Origin: a virus
Virus record (IMG/VR): IMGVR_UViG_3300028805_000355
Strand: one strand, 5' to 3'
DNA: 30,364 nt
Made by a program: the position numbers and the translations under genes. Under the pieces are notes generated by a model. The model was given only the letters and a program-made list of their open reading frames with translations, searched no databases and had not been told where the DNA came from. Shown here piece by piece: positions 14,246-23,271 of this stretch. Position 1 is the stretch's first letter. Every line of letters begins with the position of its first letter.

Positions 14246-15556
14246 ATGGCGTTAAAGACAATCAAACTTCACGGGCAAGTTAGCGAACTCATCTCCGTGT
14301 TCCCAATCTTGTTCCCCAACCACGATGATGGTTTGTATTATGATGAATTAATCGAGTCTCCGATGTGTAATCTGCACGCATTTGATTCTACACTTGAGGA
14401 TAAGGATGTAAGGTTAGAGGAGATTCAACTTATCGAGTTCTGTTGCTTGATCGACAGAGCACTTGATGCAAAAGGGTATTCGGGAACATTTTCCAAGAAT
14501 ACGGTTTTCGATGCGCTTATTTATTACGCACACAAGAATTCACGCAACCCCCGCAGAGAATGGTTGGAGTCGCTCGTTTGGGATGGGGTCCCGAGGGTCA
14601 GGCACTATTTTCAGAAGACAATCGGTGCATCCATCCCCTCACTTACTCCCGAAGTGAGTAATAAATACATCGGTGCAGTCACTGTAGCGTGGGCTATGGG
14701 GAGTATTGCCCGGCAGTACGGTCCGGCTCAGGCGGATGTGATTCCCCTGCTTATCGGTGACCAGAGGATAGGAAAGAGTAATTGCCTGAGGTTCCTGTCG
14801 GGGATCCAGGAATGGTATACGGATACCACTTCTGATGTTACAGACCCTAAGCAGTTCTTGGAGTCCATCAGAGGGAGTGCCATTGTAGAACTCTCGGAAG
14901 CTACCGCAATCCGTTCCAAGGAATCCGAGCGCACTAAATCGTTCATCTCAAAACGTGAGGACACATATAGGAGACCATATGACCGTACCGTGACCACCGT
15001 ATATCGCAGGTGGGTACTTATCGCCACATCCAACCTCAAGACCCCATTCACCGATATAACTGGTAATATGAGGTATTTCCCCATCTATTGCGAGGATAAA
15101 CCCACTAATATGATTAAACAATTCTTCGAGGATCCTGTTTTCGCACTCGCTGAGGTCGAACAGTTCTGGGCAGAGGCTATGCATCTCTTTTTCCACGAAC
15201 ACTGTACACCTAATCTGTCTGATGAAATCAAGGCTATCGCTGTGCAGGTGCAGGAGTGCGCCAGTAAGCATAATGAAGCTGTCGAATATCTCAATGATTA
15301 TCTCGACAATGACCCTAGATATAGTAAAGAGGGAGCATTCATCACTCGTGAAGAGATATACAATATCATCAGGGGATCCCCACTTAGTACGAACCAGATA
15401 TACACCAATAGGGAGAATTTCATCTTTACTTGGTATAATAGCAGAGGATGTGAATGGAATGAAGCGCGGCCCCAAATTAAAAATGAACTTGGCACGGTTT
15501 CCAGACCTCGTGGATTCATTAGGAAATCTAACGCAAACCCATCCTACGGTCTGTGA
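14246..15556 (+). CDS. VapE/D5-like replicative helicase (P-loop)
   Basis: NPRREWLESLVWDGVPRV...LLIGDQRIGKSNCLRFL...AIVELSEATAI...TVTTVYRRWVLIATSN. Start at MALKTIKLHG chosen because TATTTATAT lies about 22-30 nt upstream; ORF extends to 14165. Confidence 0.82.
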   Translation: MALKTIKLHGQVSELISVFPILFPNHDDGLYYDELIESPMCNLHAFDSTLEDKDVRLEEIQLIEFCCLIDRALDAKGYSGTFSKNTVFDALIYYAHKNSRNPRREWLESLVWDGVPRVRHYFQKTIGASIPSLTPEVSNKYIGAVTVAWAMGSIARQYGPAQADVIPLLIGDQRIGKSNCLRFLSGIQEWYTDTTSDVTDPKQFLESIRGSAIVELSEATAIRSKESERTKSFISKREDTYRRPYDRTVTTVYRRWVLIATSNLKTPFTDITGNMRYFPIYCEDKPTNMIKQFFEDPVFALAEVEQFWAEAMHLFFHEHCTPNLSDEIKAIAVQVQECASKHNEAVEYLNDYLDNDPRYSKEGAFITREEIYNIIRGSPLSTNQIYTNRENFIFTWYNSRGCEWNEARPQIKNELGTVSRPRGFIRKSNANPSYGL

Positions 15557-15971
15557 GGGCAATCCAGTAGAACCGTTGGCAAGGGAAGACTGGAAATCCA
15601 TACACTATGCAGCCGTCATCATTGATGAAAAATCTATGGCTTTACTCGGTGTGGGAGATACAGTCAACGAATGCAGGGAGAATATCATTACCAATATGAT
15701 TAAAGCGAAGGTCCCGGCAGGTAAGATTCATACTTATATGACCTTGTTAGCATACACAAACCGCAACGAAACAGTGGTGATTCCGCGTGCGAATTCCGTG
15801 CGTAAAATCGGAATATACTATTGTGAGAGTAAGGTATTTATCTATGCACAACGTTATGGTGTATACGGAATGAAACTGAATTATGACCTCTACACGGAAT
15901 CCCCGTTAATCAGGTTCGCAGGCTACGATGAAGATATGCGTAATGCTAAGAAATTCAAGTTTAATTTCTGA
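15483..15971 (+). CDS. Hypothetical protein
   Basis: Frame-3 ORF following the VapE-like gene; start uncertain. Confidence 0.5.
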   Translation: MNLARFPDLVDSLGNLTQTHPTVCEGNPVEPLAREDWKSIHYAAVIIDEKSMALLGVGDTVNECRENIITNMIKAKVPAGKIHTYMTLLAYTNRNETVVIPRANSVRKIGIYYCESKVFIYAQRYGVYGMKLNYDLYTESPLIRFAGYDEDMRNAKKFKFNF

Positions 15972-15980
15972 GGAATTACT

Positions 15981-17009
15981 ATGAATGAAGAAATCCAAGA
16001 GGATGTAACGCCATCCGTAGGAATAACCGATAATGCTTTAGATAAAGCAATTATCATCGAGGAATTCAAACAGTTGAAGGGTGTGGGTCAGTCCCGCGCG
16101 GAAAAACTGATTGATGCCGGATATATGTCTCTCGCAGCTATCGCAATCGCAGATGTGAGGGATTTTACCGAACGTACTGGTCTTCCCAAATCTTCAGCAG
16201 AGCAACTTATCAGCAATGCCAGAGGATTGGCGGGTATCGGAGAATTCGAATGCCTTGATGAACTTGCAGAGTCTGAGGAAAAAGAAGACCACCTGACCAC
16301 CGGATCTACCGCAGTAGATGAAATTCTCGGTGGAGGGTATCCAGTAGGCACTATTACTGAGATTCACGCGACCAACGGTGTTGGTAAGACCCAATTCTGT
16401 TTCACGGCTGCGGTAGAAGCAACCCGCCCTATCGAAGAGGGAGGACTTGACTGTCACGTGCTATACGTTGATGCTGAGAATACCTTTTCTGCAAAACGTG
16501 TGATTCAGATTGCACAGGAGAAGGGTGTGAGTGTTGAATCAATCGCTAAAAGGATTCATTGTGTCAAGGCGAATAATTCAGCACATCAGATCCTGTTGAT
16601 GGATAAAATCAACGAAGAAGCAGCCAAATATCCAGTAAGGTTATTGATTGTCGATTCGATTATCTCACACTTCAGGAACGAGTACATCGGGCGTGGTGCA
16701 TTGGCAGAACGTCAGCAACAGTTGAACAGGTATCTCTCACAGTTGCTCAATTTCGCTATCGAAAACAATGCAGTCGTGCTTGTCACCAATCAAATGATGG
16801 CCAGCCCTGATGCATTCGCATTCGGTCCATCCGATGTTGCGGTTGGCGGTAATTGTCTTGGACACGCTTGTTCTACCCGTATCGGACTCAGAAGGGGTCC
16901 GCAGGGTAAGAGGGTCATAAGGTTGGAGAAATCACCTAAACTCCCTGTCAGTGAGGTACTTTGTATCATTACTGAAGCAGGAGTTACTGATATAAGTACA
17001 AAGGCTTAA
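15981..17009 (+). CDS. radA: RadA-type recombinase
   Basis: HhH N-terminal region GVGQSRAEKLIDAGYMSLAAIA, ATNGVGKTQFCFTAAVEA Walker A, LLIVDSIISHFRNEYIGRGALAERQQQLNRYL, VVLVTNQ. Confidence 0.92.
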   Translation: MNEEIQEDVTPSVGITDNALDKAIIIEEFKQLKGVGQSRAEKLIDAGYMSLAAIAIADVRDFTERTGLPKSSAEQLISNARGLAGIGEFECLDELAESEEKEDHLTTGSTAVDEILGGGYPVGTITEIHATNGVGKTQFCFTAAVEATRPIEEGGLDCHVLYVDAENTFSAKRVIQIAQEKGVSVESIAKRIHCVKANNSAHQILLMDKINEEAAKYPVRLLIVDSIISHFRNEYIGRGALAERQQQLNRYLSQLLNFAIENNAVVLVTNQMMASPDAFAFGPSDVAVGGNCLGHACSTRIGLRRGPQGKRVIRLEKSPKLPVSEVLCIITEAGVTDISTKA

Positions 17010-17034
17010 ATATCTATATGGGTTCGGGTTAATT

Positions 17035-17652
17035 ATGGTAACAACAATCTACAGCAAGTATTACCTGTCTGACGACCAGATTGAATCCCTCGTAGAGTGC
17101 GGATTCACTACCAAAGTCAATTGGTATATCCAGAATATGACCACCAATCAGTTCGTCAACTACGGACAGATTCTCGGTAACGGAGAGAGAGTCAAGGGCA
17201 ACAAGCCCCTCAACCTTACTTTCCCCGACGGAGTATTCAATCCCGGTGACGAGGTCAAAGCAGGTGTGGGTAAATGGGATGTTATGGATCCCAATGGCAA
17301 GCACTGTCAGCAGGCAGTCTTCTTCTACATCGCAGATAATGGTGTGGCTATCCCCTGCAAATACAAGGAATTGCCCTCTCAGAACGGTGGAATTATTCCA
17401 CAGATGCCCGCAGATTATGTGCCCCCTGTTGCAGCTCAGAGCACGACAACTCAGGCAACACTCCCTCAGGTAAAATCAGAATGCACCTGTACCTACAACA
17501 AGGTCTCTGACTACGTGGCTTGTGTCATTCACGAATATGAGCCACATTCCTGTCTCGATGGATGTTCCGATATGGACCCCGAGGACCCTGAGAATCCCGA
17601 TATGATGTGTATGTACTGTAAACATCATAAGGAACTCTTCATCAAAGGGTGA
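17035..17652 (+). CDS. Hypothetical protein with Cys-rich C-terminus
   Basis: ECTCTYNKVSDYVACVIHEYEPHSC...MMCMYCKHH. Confidence 0.6.
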   Translation: MVTTIYSKYYLSDDQIESLVECGFTTKVNWYIQNMTTNQFVNYGQILGNGERVKGNKPLNLTFPDGVFNPGDEVKAGVGKWDVMDPNGKHCQQAVFFYIADNGVAIPCKYKELPSQNGGIIPQMPADYVPPVAAQSTTTQATLPQVKSECTCTYNKVSDYVACVIHEYEPHSCLDGCSDMDPEDPENPDMMCMYCKHHKELFIKG

Positions 17653-17656
17653 GAAA

Positions 17657-17905
17657 GTGCAGGAGATATTGTTCTTAGACGATTCCAAGTATTCCACCAA
17701 GGTCAGTCGCAGCAAGGTCTTTAACGCAGTCAAGGCTCAAATCGAAGTGGTTTACAGGGATAATCCTACAATATCTCCTGTACAATTCGATATCCACGCA
17801 TATCCGACTTTGCTCTCGCAGGGTTCAAGATATGTTGGGGTCAAGGCAATCCTCAACGAACTGGAGAGATTGAACCTTCAAACCCCTAAGAAACCTCTTT
17901 TCTGA
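17657..17905 (+). CDS. Hypothetical protein
   Basis: 82-aa ORF. Confidence 0.5.
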   Translation: MQEILFLDDSKYSTKVSRSKVFNAVKAQIEVVYRDNPTISPVQFDIHAYPTLLSQGSRYVGVKAILNELERLNLQTPKKPLF

Positions 17906-17941
17906 CCTTTTATTTATATATCTCAGTAGTTATGCAAAATT

Positions 17942-18148
17942 ATGTCTAACTACATCGGGCAGAACGCTGTTCTCTGCCCAAACCCTAACTGTAAAAAGAT
18001 ATTTTCTTCAGCATATACCGATTCAAGAAAATGTCCTTTCTGCGGGACCCCATATATGCCCTATGATACGATGATGGGGTGTCCTGATAGATCGATTGAA
18101 TCACAATTAACTCTTGCTGAGATTTTCAGGGAGGGATTAGATGGTTAA
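17942..18148 (+). CDS. Zinc-ribbon mini-protein
   Basis: VLCPNPNCKKIFSSAYTDSRKCPFCGTPY; TATA motif TTTATATATCTCAG at 17913-17926. Confidence 0.7.
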   Translation: MSNYIGQNAVLCPNPNCKKIFSSAYTDSRKCPFCGTPYMPYDTMMGCPDRSIESQLTLAEIFREGLDG

Positions 18149-18521
18149 GACAGTCCCATTCGTTTTGCCCCGCCCGGTGGATGCGAATCAGGTAGGGCAG
18201 ATGGTCGAGAAATGTATTCAGGATGAATACCGCAGGGAACAAGTCAGACGTAAGAGATCTGTTGATGATGAAATGAGGGAACACGTCTCTACAAACCTTC
18301 CTACTGGTGAATTTTCTTTGACGAACGTGTCTATGCATGAGCCGTGGCAACAGACCTTTTTCCATAAGTATGGGGGGCAGGCACTTCCTCTGAATCAGAA
18401 CTATCGTTGTAGACATTGCGGTACAGAATTCGCAGCAGGTTATCCTCCTGAAATCTGTACAGTATGTCATAGACCTACTGATTTTGGCAGAATGATACAG
18501 GACGGAGTGTTTAAACGCTGA
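18141..18521 (+). CDS. Zinc-finger-containing hypothetical protein
   Basis: YRCRHCGTEFAAGYPPEICTVCHRP. Confidence 0.65.
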   Translation: MVKTVPFVLPRPVDANQVGQMVEKCIQDEYRREQVRRKRSVDDEMREHVSTNLPTGEFSLTNVSMHEPWQQTFFHKYGGQALPLNQNYRCRHCGTEFAAGYPPEICTVCHRPTDFGRMIQDGVFKR

Positions 18522-18542
18522 GTCTTTATATATCTCGACAGG

Positions 18543-18899
18543 ATGATGGAAATTATGTTCATAATTGTACACAGAACTGGAATCGACCTTCCAGATGCAT
18601 CTGCGGAATTTACGTGCAGAGTTTTAGCAAAGGTCACAAATAGGGAATTATTATCTCTCAAGAACGGATTGGTCCTGAAAGTGCCTGAAAAAGAGGGCGA
18701 TTCCGAACTTATTCGTAAATTCTTCCAAAAATATCCTAAATACGTTATGAATTATTCTCGTATGCCCAATGAGAATGAGGCTGCAGAGTATATCCAGAAT
18801 GAACTCGGTGGCGTATCTAAGGTAGGGTATAGGTTCCTCACATCCGTTTTGGATGCCAATAGAGTTAAATATGACTTAATAGATAGGAACACTCTTTGA
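18543..18899 (+). CDS. Hypothetical protein
   Basis: 118-aa ORF with TATA motif TTTATATATCTCG at 18525-18537. Confidence 0.55.
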   Translation: MMEIMFIIVHRTGIDLPDASAEFTCRVLAKVTNRELLSLKNGLVLKVPEKEGDSELIRKFFQKYPKYVMNYSRMPNENEAAEYIQNELGGVSKVGYRFLTSVLDANRVKYDLIDRNTL

Positions 18900-18903
18900 A
18901 GTG

Positions 18904-18917
18904 TTTATATATCTCAG
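18904..18917 (+). promoter_or_regulatory. TATA-type promoter motif TTTATATATCTCAG of the head gene operon
   Basis: Ends 21 nt before portal ATG (18939); identical to 17913-17926 and 5830-5843. Confidence 0.75.
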
Positions 18918-18938
18918 AATATATAACTGGAAATAATT

Positions 18939-20738
18939 ATGAGTGTTTTCGGGGATTTACGTGAGTCGGTGAAGGGGTCCGCCGTCACGGAAGAGACACA
19001 GGACTTATTATATGAAGTATCGAATCCTGCGATACTGCGCAATTCATTGGCGCAACCTGTAAATGTCGAACCCGCATTTAAAACAGATATCCTCGAACCT
19101 GCTGCCCCCAAGAGCATTGATTATAGGAATCGTAAATCCACATTCTTCGTGGATCAATATGCAAGAGCATCCTATTATTTCAATCATTGTTCTATTTTTG
19201 CAACAACTGTTCTCCGTACAACCCAAGAAGCACTCCGTAATGGAATCGAATGGAAAGCCAAGTTCCAGTGTAAGTGTCCCCGTTGCAATACCCAATTCCC
19301 CCGTACCACTCGCAAATGTAAAAATTGTGGATTCGAAGGGACGATGATTGAACCTGACGAGACACAGAAAGATTTGCTTGTGAATTGGGAGGGTACTTCG
19401 CTATTCGATAAGGCCAATAGGAATGGTTGGGATTTATTACAATTAACACGTTCTTTCCTTATCATTAGTCAAGTGTACAATCAACCCGTGATTCTCTGTA
19501 AATCCATCTATTATGTGGATGAACACGGTAATGTAATCGAGGAATTCCCCCAGGAGTTTATGCCCATCTCTCCCGCTAAGGCCAAGATGATTTACGATGA
19601 ATCTGGAGAGCCGGGCGACAATACTGGATTTTCGGTACTTGACAGGCAACAGAGTATATCTCTTACGGATCCTGACGTAGTTAAAGAAATATTCACCACA
19701 GGGTATTATAAGAACAGGCGTTATTATCCCTGTAGATGGTGCATTACCGAGACTGACGGAGGAACAGAGGGTTCAGGCGAATACTTCGCGGACCAAGAGA
19801 TTTATCACGATACGTACATCCTACCCTCTATAACATATGGTACACCATTATGTCTTCTTGTAGAGGCAGATATCCGTGCTTGGATGGCCCTCGAATTGAG
19901 GATTGAGAAATACTTCTCGACAGGACACCCTCTCGGTGCATTCGTTGTGAACAATATCACCCCCGAATCTACCGCTAAATTACAACAGTCAATCAGGATT
20001 CAGATGAGGGAAGACCCTTATACTATCCCCGTGCTCGGTATTCCCCCTGCATCTGATAAAGCAACCTCTACCAAATGGCATCCTTTTGCAACGGATCCCA
20101 CCGAAGCAATGATTGCGGTCAAACAGGAACTCTTACAGAGGATTACTGCAATCTTCGGTATGTCTGGATTGTTCCTCGGAGATACCGATGCAATGAGGGG
20201 TAATGGTAATGAGGGCCATCAGGTTGCCATTCTTGACCGTAACCTCGGTGTAATCCGTTCTTTCGCTAACAAATTCCTTGCTTGGATTATCAAGAAATAC
20301 AAGGGAATTACCGATTGGGATATCGTAGTCGTTCAGCCCCCAGACAATCAAAGTCTTGACGAAGCTGAGAAATTCAACAAGCAGCTCCTCAACGCGAAAC
20401 TCGCAAAGGACCTTGGATTCGAGATTATCTCACAAAATGACGGTATCGTAGAAATCTCCGCAACCCCTCAGAGTTATGACCCCTTACAGGCAATGTTCTC
20501 CGATGGCGGAGGATTGCAGGCAGAGGGATTCGACAACCAGCAGAAACAACTGACAGAGAATATTACATCCAACTCTATCTTCAAGGACTCACTCTCGAAA
20601 TCAACAGGCGGAAATGATATGCTCAAGAGAGGTTCATTCGGTGCACACCTTATCAAAGGTCAGTCTCTTGAGGAAATGGTTGCGGATGCAATATTAACAG
20701 GGAGGATTAAGGTAAATGACCTATACATCCGTAGATGA
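18939..20738 (+). CDS. Portal protein
   Basis: 599 aa; ...FDKANRNGWDLLQLTRSFLIISQVYNQPVIL...HPLGAFVVNN...IFGMSGLFLGDTDAMRGNGNEGHQVAILDRNLGVIRSFANKFLAWIIKKYKGI...LNAKLAKDLGF; position and architecture. Confidence 0.8.
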   Translation: MSVFGDLRESVKGSAVTEETQDLLYEVSNPAILRNSLAQPVNVEPAFKTDILEPAAPKSIDYRNRKSTFFVDQYARASYYFNHCSIFATTVLRTTQEALRNGIEWKAKFQCKCPRCNTQFPRTTRKCKNCGFEGTMIEPDETQKDLLVNWEGTSLFDKANRNGWDLLQLTRSFLIISQVYNQPVILCKSIYYVDEHGNVIEEFPQEFMPISPAKAKMIYDESGEPGDNTGFSVLDRQQSISLTDPDVVKEIFTTGYYKNRRYYPCRWCITETDGGTEGSGEYFADQEIYHDTYILPSITYGTPLCLLVEADIRAWMALELRIEKYFSTGHPLGAFVVNNITPESTAKLQQSIRIQMREDPYTIPVLGIPPASDKATSTKWHPFATDPTEAMIAVKQELLQRITAIFGMSGLFLGDTDAMRGNGNEGHQVAILDRNLGVIRSFANKFLAWIIKKYKGITDWDIVVVQPPDNQSLDEAEKFNKQLLNAKLAKDLGFEIISQNDGIVEISATPQSYDPLQAMFSDGGGLQAEGFDNQQKQLTENITSNSIFKDSLSKSTGGNDMLKRGSFGAHLIKGQSLEEMVADAILTGRIKVNDLYIRR

Positions 20739-23271
20739 ACTTCCCAGTGAGGTCCTCAGGGCCTTTGATTATGAAGATGCAGTGTTGTGGATGGAGTCTT
20801 ACAACAAGAAGTTCGAAGCAGTGCTTAACGAATTTGGCCCTGACGGGGATCCCGCTGGAAAGGCCAAGGAAGCAGCTTGGGATGCCAGTAAGAACCTTCC
20901 CTCTTCCAGATATGTTATGTGCAATGTCTCTACCGAGGTCGTTGACAAGGACGGGGATGTTGCAGACGTAGATGCATACGTTGCACAGGGCCAACAGTTT
21001 GTCAAGTTTGGCGGACAGGTTGCTCGTAACCATTCCAATCACACTATAGGAGTAGTCTGGAAAGTATTTAAAGGTATCGATGCATCTACCGAGAAACCTT
21101 GTATTGTCGTATGTATGAACTTCTTCAGGGGAGCACCTACATACGAAAAGGCTTGGAAGGATTTCTTATCCCGTAAACTCGGATGGTCTATCGGCAGTAT
21201 GGTGCAGGCCACCCGTGAGTGCGATATGAATTCCTGCTACAATAGGCTCGTACCCACTCAATGGCACGAGTTATCCTTAGTTGATTATCCACGCAATCCG
21301 ATAACATATAATATCGAAATGAACGAGACCGCAAAAGGAGCGGATGTTGTCGAAATGCACGAGGATGAATGTCCTGTACTCCGCAAATACCGTGAATTCA
21401 AAGAGCATATGAAAGGTCACGGCATCGAAACGCATATCGTGGAGGGTGGAACAATGCTCTTGACAGGTGAGATTACCGATGAGATCAAGGGCGATATAAC
21501 AACGGAATATCCTGAGCATAGGATGTTCGTAGACAAAGGCGATGATGGGGCAGATTATGTATTATTGGTTCCCCATTATGTAGATACTCCTGACGAATTC
21601 CTCAGGGATATGGTAGCCCTGATTCAGGATGAAAGGGAGGCAATCGCCGGATATAACACAGTCACAGAGTCCCTCATCGAGGGCAACTATCTTGATGATG
21701 AAACCTTAGAGAAGACACTCAAGGCTTTTGACGAGGTAGTGCGTGATGAGGAGAATCATATCGGGGTCATTCTTGGTGTAATCAAGATTGTGGATCCTGA
21801 ATTGTACTCCTCGATTGCGGATGGAATGAAAGAGGCAGAGGAAGAAGCTGATAAAGGCTGTCCAGCAGGCCAGCACGAACACGCTGGTGTTGTCGGATGC
21901 CACGACATCTTCCGTAAGCATAGTATTGATTATCAAACCAACCCTATGCAGACTCTCGACCTGACCGATGAGAAAATCGATGTTAACGCAATCAAAGATA
22001 CTCCTACCGAAAAACTCAGGGCTATAGTTATCAGAATCGCAAAGATTCTTGCGAGATATGATGACGATGCCGTGAAGGATTTTATGTCCAGCACAGGCGG
22101 TAAGGAGTTTGTCCTAGCATATATGGAATTAAAACGCCGTCAAATGCAAGGAGAGGATAATATGAGCGAGTCAAATGTCAAAGACGCTGCGCCCGCCGTC
22201 AACACGGACGCGGAGACAGACAAAGGACTTATGGCTGACCCTCAGACCTCTATCGCAACCATTGCATCAACTCTTGCAGCTTTGACCAACACCATTGACG
22301 GGATCAACACCCGCATAATGCGTCTTGAGTCATCCCTTGCATCTAAGGAAGAAAAGCATTCGGATATCACCGATGCGATTCTGTCAGATGATGCTCTGAA
22401 TGCGCCTGAGGAGAATACCGAGGAGAAAGCCGAGGACGATGTAATCCCCGCGCCCGAGAAGACCGAGTCAGAGGATAAGGCAGATTCTGCCGTCCCCCCT
22501 GTTGACGGTGCTGACGAAGAGAAGAAAGAAGAGACCAAGGAGGAAGTGACCGAAAAGGTCGAGGACTCCGATGGTGAAAAGAAAGAAGAGGAAACGGAAT
22601 CCGAATCCGAATCCGAGTCTAAGGACTCCGACGAGAAGACCTCCGAATCAGACGATGATAAGAAGCCTGAGAAAGAGGAGAAAACGGAAGAGAAGAAAGA
22701 CGACAAGGAAGAGAAGAAGGAAGACGAGACCAAGAAGGGCGATGCCGAGGAGGAGACCGAGACCGAGGAGAAATCCGAAGAGGAAGTCGAGACCAAGGAA
22801 GAGTCCGAAGAGAAGGGCGAGGAAATCCCCGCCGAATCCCCGAAAGAGGAGGAAGACAAGGGTTGCCACGGAAAGCCCGAAATCAAGGCAGATACTCCCG
22901 AAGAGGAAGTCAAATCCGACCTTCCCGCAGAAGTAGAGGCAGGCGAAACCGAGACTGTTGTCGAGGAGATGCAGATGCCAGTACCGCCCGGAGGTAATAA
23001 TGTTGATTTCAGGTCAGCAATTCTCAAGAGACAGGATGAACTCAAGGCCAAGGGTGTAACATTCACCTACGGTTCTGGACAAGCATCTGCAAGTCTTGCG
23101 GGAGTGCCGGGCAGTATCCAAGTGAATAACGGATACCTCGTTCAACCTTCGACTAAAGCTACAGCCTTTGAGGGAAATGTCGCACCCGCTGACAATTCAA
23201 TCAAGGGATTGTGGAAAGATATGGGCAAGTATGACCCTAAAACCTTTTTTAATAAACTCAGAGGAGAGTGA
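20716..23271 (+). CDS. Prohead protease / ferritin-like helical domain / acidic scaffold-like fusion
   Basis: RNHSNHTIGVVWKVF, KLGWSIGSM, WHELSLVDYPRNPI protease-like motifs; DEREAIAGYNTVTESL...DEVVRDEENHIGVI helix pair; Glu/Lys-rich tail; 23-nt overlap with portal gene. Confidence 0.78.
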   Translation: MTYTSVDELPSEVLRAFDYEDAVLWMESYNKKFEAVLNEFGPDGDPAGKAKEAAWDASKNLPSSRYVMCNVSTEVVDKDGDVADVDAYVAQGQQFVKFGGQVARNHSNHTIGVVWKVFKGIDASTEKPCIVVCMNFFRGAPTYEKAWKDFLSRKLGWSIGSMVQATRECDMNSCYNRLVPTQWHELSLVDYPRNPITYNIEMNETAKGADVVEMHEDECPVLRKYREFKEHMKGHGIETHIVEGGTMLLTGEITDEIKGDITTEYPEHRMFVDKGDDGADYVLLVPHYVDTPDEFLRDMVALIQDEREAIAGYNTVTESLIEGNYLDDETLEKTLKAFDEVVRDEENHIGVILGVIKIVDPELYSSIADGMKEAEEEADKGCPAGQHEHAGVVGCHDIFRKHSIDYQTNPMQTLDLTDEKIDVNAIKDTPTEKLRAIVIRIAKILARYDDDAVKDFMSSTGGKEFVLAYMELKRRQMQGEDNMSESNVKDAAPAVNTDAETDKGLMADPQTSIATIASTLAALTNTIDGINTRIMRLESSLASKEEKHSDITDAILSDDALNAPEENTEEKAEDDVIPAPEKTESEDKADSAVPPVDGADEEKKEETKEEVTEKVEDSDGEKKEEETESESESESKDSDEKTSESDDDKKPEKEEKTEEKKDDKEEKKEDETKKGDAEEETETEEKSEEEVETKEESEEKGEEIPAESPKEEEDKGCHGKPEIKADTPEEEVKSDLPAEVEAGETETVVEEMQMPVPPGGNNVDFRSAILKRQDELKAKGVTFTYGSGQASASLAGVPGSIQVNNGYLVQPSTKATAFEGNVAPADNSIKGLWKDMGKYDPKTFFNKLRGE

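Noticed and set aside
15222-15482. N-terminal part of ORF 15222..15971
   Set aside because: Overlaps the VapE-like coding frame extensively and looks like out-of-frame translation; the real start is probably at or after 15483.
14948-15601. 217-aa minus ORF
   Set aside because: Antisense to the well supported VapE-like gene; no recognisable motifs or operon context.
22242-23066. 274-aa minus ORF and 121-aa plus ORF (22571..22936) inside the acidic scaffold region
   Set aside because: Low-complexity Ser- and Lys/Arg-rich shadow translations of the Glu/Lys codon tract of the 20716-23271 gene.
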